A stretch of DNA of 64,000 nucleotides from contig CM022670.1 in the NCBI GenBank assembly GCA_012295275.1, positions 18,786,001-18,850,000 on the forward strand, given 5' to 3'. The stretch comes from Chrysomallon squamiferum. Lineage: Eukaryota; Animalia; Mollusca. The translations under genes and the position numbers were made by a program. Positions 27,817 through 41,763 of the stretch are shown one piece after another (the first letter of the stretch is position 1; the number at the start of each line of letters is the position of its first letter). Under the pieces are notes generated by a model. The model was given only the letters and a program-made list of their open reading frames with translations. It had not been told where the DNA came from and searched no databases.

Positions 27817-29084
27817 TGTGACTGGTTAGAAGTTAATACACTAAATGAAAGTTTCATCAGATTTACATTACATGTACCTCAATGGTTCAAAAAACAACAA
27901 CAGCAACAAAAACAAAGAAAGAAAGAAAAAAAAAAACACATTGTAAATCTTTTCAGACTGTTATGGTTATTCTTCAGCAGTTAAATTAACGTTTCATCAG
28001 ATCTTCTTAAAATATCTATTTAACAGATATTCTGTGTTATCAGTGGATACATACATATTCTGTTATCGGAGTGCTATATTAATATTCACCAAGTGAGCTT
28101 TGGTATTCCAGCAGAGTTTTGTGTCCTTACCTGTTGTGTGTGTGCAGAAGATTTTTATCCTTTTATATTTGTGTACACAGTACTTAATTTGAACTCGTTG
28201 CATGATAATAAAAACTGAAATACATGTATCTGTTTCTGTATATGTATATTATATGTTTGTATATATGTATGTATTTATGTATGTATGTATGTATCTATAC
28301 ATGTATGGGTGGGTCTGTGTGTATGTATGTGTGTCTACGTATATGTATGTGTTGGTGTGTTTATGATTTTGTATGTATGTACATGTAAGCACGTGTGTAT
28401 GTGTGTGACTGTGTATACAAGGTGTTTGATGGTTTTCTTGAGTAAAATCCAGAATACACAATTGTCAGTCCAGTTCCTATGTTAAGTAATCATTATTGTC
28501 TTCAGCCAAGCAACAAAATAATAAATTTATGTTAATATGTCTAATTAAATTTGTATCTTCTACTTTATATGTATTATCATTTTTGTTGTTTTGTTGTTGT
28601 TGTTGTTTATTTCATATTTCATTATATCATTATTTATTACTTTATTTCATTACATGTGCATAGACACAAAAACAACATATACTATTTTTGTATATGTGTA
28701 TGGGTCTTTGAATTAACACTTCTTTTCCGTTCAGAAACGATTAAATGAGCATTACTGCTAAAATGCTGACAGCGTTCGGGACGTCAATTCATACAATACG
28801 ATCAACAATACAATCTAAGGATTTGCTGTGAATTATTCATGTGTCAGGGTGGTTACTCCATTCATCGAAATGTCTTTGTGTAACGTAAACCTTTATACAA
28901 AGTTTATTTTTTTACCTTTTTCATGATATCTATCAGTTTACGCTACTAAAGTATCTGCTAATGTGTAAGTTACATATTAATCTAACGTTAATGATAAAGT
29001 GTGTTTTCACAGTCACACCGTATATTGTATTTCCCTACCACATGAAATTTTCATTCCAAATGCTTTATATATAATGAATATATA

Positions 29085-29119
<35 letters not shown>

Positions 29120-29340
29120 TTATATCTATATCTATCTATCTCTCTATATATATAAATGAATCTTTGAATCTTTTGTATGTGGCAGTAGCATTATTTGCAG
29201 TATTTGATGAACAAAAATATTCACGCCTGGAGAATATTCTAAATAATCATAATAAAACTTTTCAGCACTGCTTGATACTTTTGATCACTTGGAATTGGAG
29301 TAAGATTTACAACTAAACTGTTTCCTTTAAAGACCAATCT

Positions 29341-29395
<55 letters not shown>

Positions 29396-29724
29396 TGTCG
29401 TTCTCTTAACACAAATAAAGAAATAAGTAACATGAACAACACCCATAGCTACATTTCTCACCCAATGTTGTTGATCGAAAAAGGCTGAAATATTTTATTT
29501 AACGGAGTATAAAGCCCATCTTGTATGGCGTTGTATATGTATTTAACACTGTATGACACAAACAGGCGTTCACTTTAAAAGTTACTTATATAATGCTGCT
29601 TTAGATCTCAAAAGACAGATATATGGTTAATTAAGAACTATTTTATTTTCATCTATAGCGACAACGAAATAGATATAATCTATTATTGCGGTATGTTTAT
29701 AAATAAAACAGTCAATTCCATTTA

Positions 29725-29756
<32 letters not shown>

Positions 29757-29823
29757 GGACCGCATTGATCATGAGCCCGGTAAAATAATGAACCTAAACT
29801 CCTTCTGAAACTGTTCAAATCCG

Positions 29824-29834
29824 ACGCATGCGCA
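29824..29834. promoter_or_regulatory. NRF1/ewg-like palindromic motif (ACGCATGCGCA) in the probable promoter of receptor copy 1
   Basis: gacgcatgcgcaaa in a CpG-richer patch; conserved at 53703-53713 upstream of copy 2. Confidence 0.5.
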
Positions 29835-30444
29835 AAATCAAATAACGCTAAAACGGGGACCGATCGAAAACGCAACAACAACTGAATGCCACAAGGAAGC
29901 AGGGAGAAAGAGAAACGAATCATATTTATAATGTTTTTAGGTTTGTAAAATTTAAGACATACTGCTAAATATTTATATATTTATTTATTTATTACATGGC
30001 TTTAAAAAAGCAACAATATATTATTGCTAATGCAGAGTACTTTTCACAGAATTAATACAATTAAAAAAAAAAAAAAAAACAATTATTAATAGTTATTTAT
30101 TTTTGTTGATTAACAGGTTTATAAGGTCATACAGCATGACAGTGTTGTTATTATTTATCATTTGTTATATTTTGTTATTGGTTTAAATTTCATTAGTTCT
30201 TTCCTATATATATTTTATTATTTTATTTACTGAAATAAGAAAAATATTATCCTTTTATTTAATATATTTGTCATCTGGTTTGAAATTACAGTATAATGCA
30301 AGTGAATATATAGGCCTAAGGCTAATGGATACAAAAAACAAAACCTTGAATATGTAGTTATATTTGTTTATGTGCATATAATTTTAATTAATATATAAAA
30401 TAATGCCTTACATGTTAATCAAATATTGTTTACATTATTTTCAG

Positions 30445-30622
30445 ATTATTGATAACCACTTAGATTAGTAATTAAAAAAAATTAAAAATTAAAAATATGC
30501 TCAGCATGTTTGACATACTACTTCCAACATGACAGGAATTATTTCCTAAATTCATGAAAATCTGGAAATGACAAGATACTTGATATCTGCATATGTACCA
30601 AACAACAAAGATGACCTTATTG
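30445..30622 (+). other. Probable 5'-UTR exon of receptor copy 1
   Basis: ttattttcag acceptor and TG|GTGAGT donor, both conserved in copy 2 (54548-54753); interior has indels, so it is non-coding. Confidence 0.55.
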
Positions 30623-30736
30623 GTGAGTATGTCATTAAATAAAAAGTATTTACATCTAAATAATCAGTTAACTGCTTTTCTGTTATGAGGAAACAAAATC
30701 TGATATATTATTTTTAATGTAAAATAAAATTTCGTA

Positions 30737-31227
30737 AGGGTCATTCAATTTTCTACATGAAACAAAAAAATATTACACCCAGGAAACTTTTATATGCTTT
30801 AGTTAACATGTGAGAGATTAAATTTCAATAAAGATCATCTCAAGGTCACATGATCCACAAGGTCAGTTTCAAGGTCATAACAAGGGTCAAATGGTCAGTG
30901 TACCCCAAAATTTTCCAAATTGAACAATAATGTCAGATTTGGAATCTTTCTTATATTGCCTTTTCAACAATACCAATTTTATGAAGATTGGCCCAGTAAT
31001 TCCTGAGATACAAGGGTTCAAAGGTTGGTGGTCACTCCCATTTTTGCCTAAAATCTCAAAATTCAGGGGGGCCATATCTCCCACAACACTGGTCCAATTG
31101 CCTAAAATTTCAGATTTAGTGCTGTGGGATCCCAATCAACAAGTATACCAAGTCTCATAAAAAATCTAAGACGGTCAGGTTTAAATTATTTTTTTTTGGG
31201 GGGGGGTGATTTGACACAGAATGACCT
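30737..31227. mobile_element. ~490-bp MITE-like insertion specific to copy 1 of the duplication
   Basis: Ends GGTCATTC...GAATGACC (inverted); GC-richer interior; absent at the orthologous position ~54843 in copy 2 (aaaatttc|acagagag). Confidence 0.7.
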
Positions 31228-32148
31228 ATATATATATATATATATATATTCAGAGAGAGAGAGAGAGATTTTATTAAAATGATTACTTGCAGTAACCTTG
31301 TTTACAAAAATCAGTTTTCTTTTGGTGTGCAGAAGTGAGTAACTGTTATTGATGTTGTTAGTGTCATATTGTTTTTCATTAGTTAAATACTTGTAAACTA
31401 TAAAATAGTGTATGATGTGATTTTTACTTTTCAAATTTGTTGTCTTTTAAGTTTTCTATGAAGATTGTATTATTCAGTTTAATGTTATATATCAAAATAT
31501 TTGTGCTTAATTAAAAAACCCACAAAAAAACAAAAAAATATGTAATCTGTATAAATCAAATCAGAATTAGTTTTACATAGAATATCTATACAGTAAGTGT
31601 GTATCCGTTAGTGAGTGAAGCATTTTAAATTCCTTATACAACATTATATATATATAAATATATCCATCAGTTCTATATATGATACACAATCATTGTTGTT
31701 ATTTTCAAACTATAACTGTCATGTCATTTAATATTGTCCTGATTGATTTCTGAAGTAAAATATGTGCCATTCCCTGTTGTTTTTTTCTTCAGGAAATAAA
31801 TTCTCAAAGAAATTGTTGTATTTTCTATTTTAGTAATATCTATTTATAAATGTTAAAATGTTTTTATACATCAGTGACATGACATCTATTTGGTCTGTCT
31901 GTATTGACAGGTATGGTTTTTGACTAGTTAAACTGGTGTTTTTATTAGTATTAAAAATTAGCTATTAATTTATTATTAATAAATTTACCTATTAATATTA
32001 TTATATTTACAATTATTTAACTTTTATTTCCTTACAAAGCAGTTGAATAAAAATTAATTACAATTTTTATTTATTTTTTATTTTTATTTTATTGTTATTT
32101 TTTATTCATTCATTATTTTTCAGTCTTGTTTCTGCCCACAGGGAATCT

Positions 32149-35100
32149 ATGGATTTAATTAACATTATTTTACTGTTTGGAATTTTTACAGTAATTGTTG
32201 CTATACAACCAAGTAAGTATATTTCATTTTGTTTTTATTCATTAATGTTTATCAAAGTGATTTTTATTTTGTAAAATTTTAACTGTAAGCAGCGTTGTTG
32301 TTTTTTTACTCCCATCTTTGTGTCTGTCTTTCTTTCTCCTTATATAATCTATCGTTTTATTCCTCTTTTTTTCTTTTTTTTTTTAGTATAGTTTTATTTT
32401 ATTTCATTTCATTTAATATTTTATTTATTTTTTATTTTTTTATTTTATTGGTTATAAAATTACTTTAATATTTCTGTTATATATATTATTTAAAATATAT
32501 ATATATATACAAAAAGAAAAGTCCAAATTCAAATAAAATCATCATTAGATGATAGAATAAAGTTAAACCAAGAAGATAAAATTTAGTGACACACACACAC
32601 ATTTAACCTTTGTACATCATAATAAAGTTTACAGGGATTTTTTTGGAATGACATTTTATTTAGCTCTGGATAAATTGAACCAAAAATATGAATATGTTTT
32701 AAATACTTTCAGTTTTATTTATTTTTAATTTTATTAATTTTATGATATATATAATATATAATTATTATAATTTTTTGGTTGTTTATATGTATTTTTGAAT
32801 TGAACAGAAATTGATCCTGATGATGATAAGCAATTTAAGAGAGTTGGTAAAAATACATATCTTTGGTGTACAGTGGAAGAGGACTTAACAGATAGGAGGC
32901 TTACATTTTTGTGGGAAAATGAGGTCATAAAAAATTCCTTCAGAAAGAATGTAACCAAAGTTAATGGTACAACTATACAGCTGGAAATAAGGAATGCCAC
33001 TAAAAATGACAATGGCATTTATAAGTGCTGCCTTCTGAGAAAACAAAGAGAAAATGACTGCACAAATGAGGCAGAACTTATCTTTGGCGGTAATATTAAT
33101 AGTTATTAAAAAATATTTATAAAAAACCCCAAAACATTATACATTCAAAAATAGTGTCTGCATATGCATGTGTTATGTCTATATATGTATGTTTGTGTTT
33201 GTTTGTGCATGCATATGGATGTATAAGTGTGTGGGTTTGTGTGAGACAGTGAGCGCATATTTCTCTATGAAAATATGCTTTTGTTTGTGTGTGTTTTTAT
33301 GTCATTGTTTGTGTAAGTGTATGTTGTATGTTTGTGTTTGTGTCATGTTTTACATGATGAATAATGTTTTAATTTGTTATTTTAATAGAACACAATAATT
33401 TTATTTAGGGTGAAATTTAATTAACATTCCAGCTAAACATTTTGTAGATATTCAGTATCAAACTTTTCAGTGCCTCGTGTTGCAAATGAGTTTTTTTTCA
33501 TTATAGAGCCACCTGCCGTTCCAGTTCTAAGTCCTGCAAACTGTACAAATTTCAACATGGAATACATGACCTGTCTCATTGACAAGGTGAAAACTGTACA
33601 AGATTTGGGCAATATCCCTACAAGCTGGAATGTATCATTTAGGTATTAGTAAGTAATATGTTGAATTTTATATACAAATTAAATGTTTTATTTAAGCAAA
33701 ATATGGAATATAACATTTTCATATTACGTAAATAATGTTGTATATTTAATTAATATTTGGTTCATATTAATTGCTTTATTTTGTTTGAAAACTAAGAAAT
33801 TCATAAGATTTAAATAAAAATATACTGAATGTTTTGTTTGTTTATTTTTTTCTAACAAACTTACAGTAATGGTGGTCGTAAAAGGTGTGATGAAACAAAA
33901 CCAGAGAAGAAAATTTTGATTTGTAATATAACAAATTTTTTGTCAAAGACTAATCATAGATTTGAAGTTGAAGCTGCAAACGAAATAGGAAATGCCACAA
34001 AAAGGATTACAATTAACCCCTTGAATGTCAGTAAGTATTTGAAATAGTTGTATCCAATCCCCAAGCTTTTTAACTTATGTTGTTCTGAATACATTACAGT
34101 ACATTTTAGCATTTTTGTAACATTTACATTACTGGTTAAATGGTTATTTTATATGTGATTTTCTGTTAATTTCAGATGTTGTACAATAGTATTATACATA
34201 ATATAGTAAATTTTGTCTGTGGATTAGGAATGTGAAATAAATCTATAGGACTTGAACATGCTGTATTATACAATATCATTTTGAACATTAAATTATTATT
34301 TTTGAATAATTTCAGTAATTTTATTTTAGTTATTCACTGGACTGTGGTTCTTTTTAGGATTTACACAGTACAAGCTTGAATATTAAATTATTATTTTTGC
34401 ATATTTCAGTAGTTTTGATTTATTTAGCCATTCATTGGACATAGGATATTATTATTTTTGTATAATTCAGTAGTTTAATCTTAATTTAGTGACTCACTGG
34501 ATAGAGGATTTATGGAGTACAAGTTTGAATATTAAATTATTATTTTTGTATTTTTCAAAAGTTTTATTTGCTTTATTTTCAGTACAACCTAGGCCAGTTA
34601 AAAAATTTCAAGTGAATTCACAACATTCTGGCTTGAACCTGAGTTGGACTTCACCTCTTGACTGCATTGATAAACATTTATTATTCATTATTTCGTACAC
34701 ATCTAAATGGGAAAAACCCAATTCAAATGTAAGTGAATAGTGTTTGTGTTTGTGTTTTATTTATTTATTTATTTTCGATTAATATATGTTATATTTTTTA
34801 ACTTATTATTATTTTTTTTAATTATATATTCATATATACATACATACAGACAGACAGACAAACGTGTGGGGCATTGTGTTGTTTTTTGTGGGGTTTTCTG
34901 GGGGAAAGATAATTTAATAAATAAACAAGTTATGTTCAGTGAAGATGCCAATACTAATTTTTTGTTTCTTGTTATGATAAATGAATTTTGGCTTATTGCA
35001 ATACTATTTAATGAATATTATTTTTTAACTTAAAACAAATTAATGTCAGTATTGTGAAAATGTTTTATTACTCATTTATAAATAGTTAATGGCAGGTAAC

Positions 35101-37185
35101 TCTGGGTTGTTTTCATGTTGAAACAGCACTAAAAGTCACAGGATTCAAGCTCTTATTCATTTTCATATTGCATTACAGACTGATATTTAAATGTAGTTTA
35201 CCTTTTATCATAAGCATCTTTATTATGTCAACACCTATTTTATCAAAATCAGTTTATTCTTAATGGTTCATTTCCATTCCAGCCATCACTGTACTATTAA
35301 ATGTATCAAAGCTATAGTATATTTATGTGTTGGTTGTTAAAGATTAGCATTTAAAATCACACTTTTGTGTGAATGTTCACTTCTTTTGTTTATATTTATG
35401 TTATTTAAAAATTAAAAAAAGGACCTGATTTTTTTTTTTTTTTTTATATTTATTGTCAAGTTTCATTTTAATATTTCCATTTAATCTTATCACATCCAGG
35501 TGACTGTAAATTGCACTAATGAAACTTTTTTGTCATCAATACTGCCAAGAAAGAGCTTGATTTCTGGTGTGCTGTACAAAGTGTGCATTAAGTCGAAACC
35601 ACTTGATGGGACAGGCTATTTTAGTCTATCTGTCTGCAAGTCTGTAACTACTTCTGTTGGAGGTAAGATGTTAAAGGAATCTTTTTTGAGAAATTTCCAG
35701 GAATGTTTATTCTCCTTAATATTATTGTTCTTGTCCAAAAACAAAATCATTTAAAATAATTGTTTTAATTTTACTTCTTTTTTAATAATATTTTTTTTAT
35801 TAATATTGATCATATATATATTTTTTTATTTACTTTATTTTTCTTTCTTTCGTAAACTGCAGTAAAGAAATTGGTATTTAAAAAAAAATATATAAATCTG
35901 GTGACAGATGAATGTGAATAAAAATGAAAAATAAAAAAATGTCTTTTTAAATTAAATTCTAATTGCTTTAGAAAGAGGGTGATTATAAAAACCTGTATTA
36001 TATATAAATAAAATATTATTTGTACATAAAATATTTACTTAAACATTTTAATCAGAAATAATCATATTTTGAAGTTCCTAAAAGTGGACCCATTGTACAT
36101 CCGTGGTTCTACAGCTTAGATTGCCGAGATTATCCTGCCTTAGCACTTTATTGGAAGGTAAATATATTTTGTTTACTCTTACAAAAAATGAATAGTAAAA
36201 ATTATTGGAGAAATACTGATATTTGGAAAAATATGTTTGAAATTTAAAATTTACAATAATCCTAATGTAAATAATCAAGTGATCTTAAAAAACAATATTC
36301 AAAATGTGGTATTATTGTTTTTCCTAAAAATGAGTTTTGATTTTTACTTCATTTTACTTCATTATCATATAAAGTTATTAATGAGTTAATTATGCGAGTT
36401 CTGTTTTAGAGCCTATATAGATACTATTCATGTATGGACATTCTAATACAGTTTTCTGCCTTTCCATAAATAATTGTATAATATTTTGTTTTTGCTGTGA
36501 ATATTATTGAAAAGTAAAAACAAATTATCAAGTACATTTTACAGTATGCCTATGCTTGGATATTTACATACAAATCCAATAAGGCAGACAGTTTTCTGTG
36601 GTTGAAAACTAGAATTGCTAAAACATGAACAATAAAAATTCCTTACTTTATTTATTTATTTATTTACTTACTACTACTTCTTCTTCTTCTTCTTCTTCTT
36701 CTTATTATTATTATTATTATTTTTATTTTTTTTTTTTTTTTTTTAACTTCTAGGAAGTGCCCTTACCTCAAAGGGGAAGCAAAAATTTGAAAAATTTCAA
36801 CATTTTTGCTGGATCTCAAGAGCAGTATGTAAATGGAACAGACATGTCTGTTATTATCAACATCAGTTACCCTGAGTTTTGTTCACGTGAATACAGAACA
36901 GCTTCCATTCAAGCAGAAACATCTGCTGGAGCTTCTATTAATTCTTCTATTAAAATATTTTCTCCAAACAGAGGTACGTAATAATACTTTATTAATTTAT
37001 TTATATATTAATCTTTAAGAAAACTTAGCATGTACTTTGGTTTAACTTCATTACTTATAATTAGTTTCAGAATATAATTATTATTTGAAACCTTTTTTTC
37101 TTTTTAATGGAAATCTGGGCATGATTCGATTTAATATATTTTCTAAATTTGGTGTTTAACTTATAAAATTACTTAGTATTGTTTG

Positions 37186-37224
<39 letters not shown>

Positions 37225-38764
37225 TTATATTATTATTATTAATTTTTTAGTTCCTGCAAAACCATACAGTGTTCAGAAAATTATGAAAAATTCAAAACTT
37301 AAAGTAACTTGGAAAACAGAAAAAAACACCCATCCACCTGATGTTATACGAGTTCACTGGTGTTATGGATATTTCTGGAAGAAAACAGATTTAGTCCATT
37401 GTCAGGTTAACAAAAAAAGTTTTCTTTAAAAAATTATGTAATTAAAAACTAAAATTATTTTAAATAAAAATCATATATAACTACATTTTCAGTATGTTAA
37501 ATATTTAATAAAAAATGTATTATTATTTTAATTTTAATTAAATATATCATTTAAGAAATACTTTAAAAATGCCAAGGAAATAAAACTTTGTATCATCTGT
37601 AATATTTTATTTTTTATTTATTTCAGAATGAAATTGGTGAAGTTAATGTTTCAGACACAGATGAAATCATGATTGACATACCTTTCTCTGGCAATCCTAT
37701 CAAATGTGCAAATTGTGATTGGAGAATTGCAGTTTCCATGGAGACAAGTGAAATCTCTAGTGGTCTGATATGGGAAAGGAATCCACTTGAAGGAATTACC
37801 AGTGAAAAAAGTAGAGTGGAAAAATTAAATATTTTGTTTATTATTTTGTGGAAATTAAAATATATTATTTTGATAAACATGCTTTTTTTTCACTTAAATA
37901 TATTTTTTTATTTTTCTCTAAAACAAACTCCTCTGTCATGGCCTCCATGTTTAACATCAGTTGCTAAAGTCTGCTTTTGGTAGTAGCAGCAAAACATTTT
38001 GTTTGTTTTATCATTTTAAGAACATTAGTGTACAAATGTTTGTGTATCAATAATCCATTCAGATTTTAGAATTTGCTGGACATTACTCATTTTCTGTCTT
38101 TTGGTTTTGTACAACTGCTGGTAATGATCACTGTGTTTTAAATTGCATAGCTAAATTTTTTTTGCTATGGCTTATTTTGCACAACTAATTTTTATGCAGT
38201 GCATTTGATGAAAGCTGTTTTATTAATTTCATTTTAGACTGCATTGAAAGTTCAAAGAAGCAGGATCATTTTAATTCAAACGATAGTCAAATTACATGTA
38301 AATTGCCATCATTGTTTAAAAAGTGATTGTACTTGCAAAATTTTGTGCCATTGTTGACAATGCTATTACTATATAAACTGTTCTTTGTTCTAGAATGTAT
38401 ACCTTAATCTGAAGCAGACAGCATATATATATACTAAATAACTGGAGATTAAAAATATGTTGCAGATATGATTAAATAATGCTTGTTCTTTTCACATATT
38501 GTACTTGCATAAGTACTGTTACACTTACATATACATAATTATAGATACCCATGTGTGTGTGTCTCTGTGTGTGTTTTTGTGTATGTATATAATTTGTTAA
38601 TTTTTTTTTTATACAGTAATATTTAAAGATAGTGATGGAAAAACGGTTATTATCATCTGTGTCTCTATTGCCCTTTTCATCCTAGTTCCAGTGTTTATTT
38701 GCTTTTTATGGTAATTACAATTATTGTTTAACTATTATTATTCAGCTGAACACTTATATATATA

Positions 38765-38798
<34 letters not shown>

Positions 38799-41732
38799 GC
38801 ACACATTCACATACATACATATATAAACAAACACACATATATATATATGAGATAAAAAGAGAAAAAAAATGTGACATTTTCACATTTAAATGCACTCTTT
38901 TCATTGTAATCTACATAAACATCAGTGTTGTACCAGTAACTGCAGATTTTTTAAATTTAATTATTTAATTTCCACTTTTTTCTTTTCTTTTTATTTTTAA
39001 TAGCAAGAAAAAACATCCAAGACAAAAATTTGAATATCCATCTAATGCATATAAAGTAAGTTTAAATTATTGGTTTATTTCTTTATTCTTGTTTGCTTGT
39101 CAAAAAAAACCCATACCATCATATAGTTGTCTTCTTAACTTTTACCTAACTGGACACTCTGAAGCTCACACACTGTTATAAATAGCCAACAGTAACCCTT
39201 CTCAAAAACAAATTTTCACAAATTTTGTGGCAAGGAAGATATGACAGTTAAATTCAAAATACTTCAGGTGAGAAGGCTGCAGAAATGAATGTTCACTAGT
39301 TTCATCAGTGTTGACTAATTATTAACAAAGAAAGAAAAATATGTTTTGACTGTGATATTTAGTGATTTGATTTTTTCTTTAGTTCTGTGTAGTTTTGTAT
39401 TCATGTACCTGTTACCCAGTGTTGTTCTTCTGTAATATTTGTCATTTCATGTTTATTTTTTAATTATTTTAATTATTTAATTTACTTTAATTTACTTTTT
39501 TATTTTATTTTATTATTTTTCAATTATTTTTTGTTTTTTGTTGAGCACATGAGTTTCCTGAAAGTACTTTTTGTGTTTTGACTTGTCTAACCTAATCACT
39601 GAAAATTATATTACTACATTAAGAGATTTTGGGGGGGGGTTGTTTGTTTGTTTGTTCATTTCAAATGTTTATCTTTTTTTAAGGGAGAGAGGAGGGATTG
39701 GGTTTTTACCCCAGTAATATATATATTATTTTTATTTGTAATTTTTAAAAGTCCAAACAATACAATCTACTGGAAAACAAAACTATAAGCTAGAAGCAGC
39801 AAACTTTGATTATCAGTTTAGACAGTAAATTCTTTGTGAATAAATTTGTAATCTTGAGATTTAGTTTTTAATGTACTGAATAAAATTAACATTATCCTTT
39901 ATGTTTAAATCAGAATTTTAGTTTCTTCTTTCCATTTATAATTTACTCATATTTGGACTCTACTGTAGATTAATAATGTTGTCTGAGATCAAAATTATTT
40001 ATTATTTCCAGATGGGGCAATCTCTGATTTAATGTGACAACTTTATTAATAGTTAAATAAGTGTGTGTGTGTGTGTGTGTGTGTGTGTTAGCAATGTTAC
40101 AATTATGCACTTTCCATTGTTCTCAAGTAGCAGTGGACTGGGTGAGGACCATCAAAAATGGCGTGTTGACAGGTTATAAATAGATTTCTAAGAATAAATG
40201 TTTTTTGATGATGTTCTGCACACATTTCTATGCATCCTCGTCTGTTTGAGGGAATGAGGACATGTCAACCAAATGTGCCTTCTGATCAATTGAGAACATT
40301 TGTTTACCTTATTTATAAACTATGTGAATGCTTTTGTTTATAATTTAATTCTACACATAGCAATTTTTCAGTTTTTGTTGATGTTTCCTTTGGCTTCAAC
40401 TAAAAACAAAAATGTTTACACTTTTCTTCTATGCATTTTTGAGGAGGTATAGGCATTTTTGTCAGGTTTTTTATTCAATATGTGGCCAATTAACATAATA
40501 AAAAAAATACGTAAAAATTGTACATTTTTCAGCATCTTCCATTTTCAGGATATTTCAAAAAAATTGGTCTCATTTTGTTTCTTTTTTAAGGCTCTATCCA
40601 ATGAAACAGGACATTTCTTGAGCTGAATTTTAGCTGAATTTTTTTGTAAATTACCTGCATATATTATATTATTTTTTAGTTAATTAACAATACAGAAGAT
40701 TCTAAACAATCAACTGAGGTAAATGTTTTTCTGTTGCTTTCATTTTCATTTTAAAATTACAGAATAAATGGAATGTGATTTATATAAATTACATAATCCC
40801 AAACACATCAGTATAAATATAATTACTTACACTAACTCATTCAGATTCTATATTTATTATTATTTTCTTTTTATCTCTTTTTTTTTTGTGACAACTTGAT
40901 TAATAGTTAAATAATTATGTGTGTGTGTGTATATGAAACATTAGCAATGTCACAATTATGCACTTTATGCTATCTAGACTTTACCAATGATCACTGATAA
41001 TGTCATTCTCAAGCAGCGGACAGGGTGAGGATCATCAAAAATGGCTTGCTGACAGTTTATAAATAGATTTCAAAGAATAAATCTCTTTTGATACTGTTCT
41101 GCACACATTTCTATGCATCCTTGCTTTCAAAATTTAATTTCTTTTAACTGCAATCATCTCCAATATTCTTATGAATAAAAGTTAAAAATTTGCCTTACAA
41201 AGTCAAATAAGTAGGCTTAGCAGATGAGATTTTTAAAAAAAACAAATACACTTTCAACAGATCATTTATTTAACTTTATTTCTGCCAAATTTCATGGAAA
41301 TCTGTAATTGCAATCATGGTTTGTTCAATTATGATAATGGATGTCACTATTTGAGGGAATGAAGACACATAATCCAAATGCTGTTGATCAAGAGCATTTG
41401 TTTACCTTATTAATGTGCACTAATTCTGTCCTCAGCAATTTTTCAGTTTTTGTTGATATTTCCTTTGGCAACTGATTAAATAATTGTTTACACTTCTCTT
41501 TTATACATTTTTAAGGAGATACGGGCATTTTTGTCAGGGTTTTTTACTCAGAGTGTGGCTAATTGACATAATAAAACAATAGGTAAAAACTGATACATTT
41601 TTCAGTGTCCTTCCATTAACAAGATATTTCAGAAAATGTGGTCTCATTTTGTTTTGTTTCTTAAGGCTCTAACCAATGAAACAGGACATTTCCTGATATA
41701 TTTGAACTGAAGTATGTATAATATAATGAAAA

Positions 41733-41763
<31 letters not shown>

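Noticed and set aside
33643-33644. GT donor that is AT in copy 2 (57804), at first suggesting copy 2 is a splice-dead pseudogene
   Set aside because: A stronger in-frame GTAAGT donor 6 nt downstream is present in both copies (33649; 57810), making the change a silent AGG>AGA.
39752-39825. Possible extra cytoplasmic exon of the receptor
   Set aside because: The phase-0 reading after the only nearby acceptor hits a stop; it cannot be excluded as an alternative terminal exon but is unsupported.
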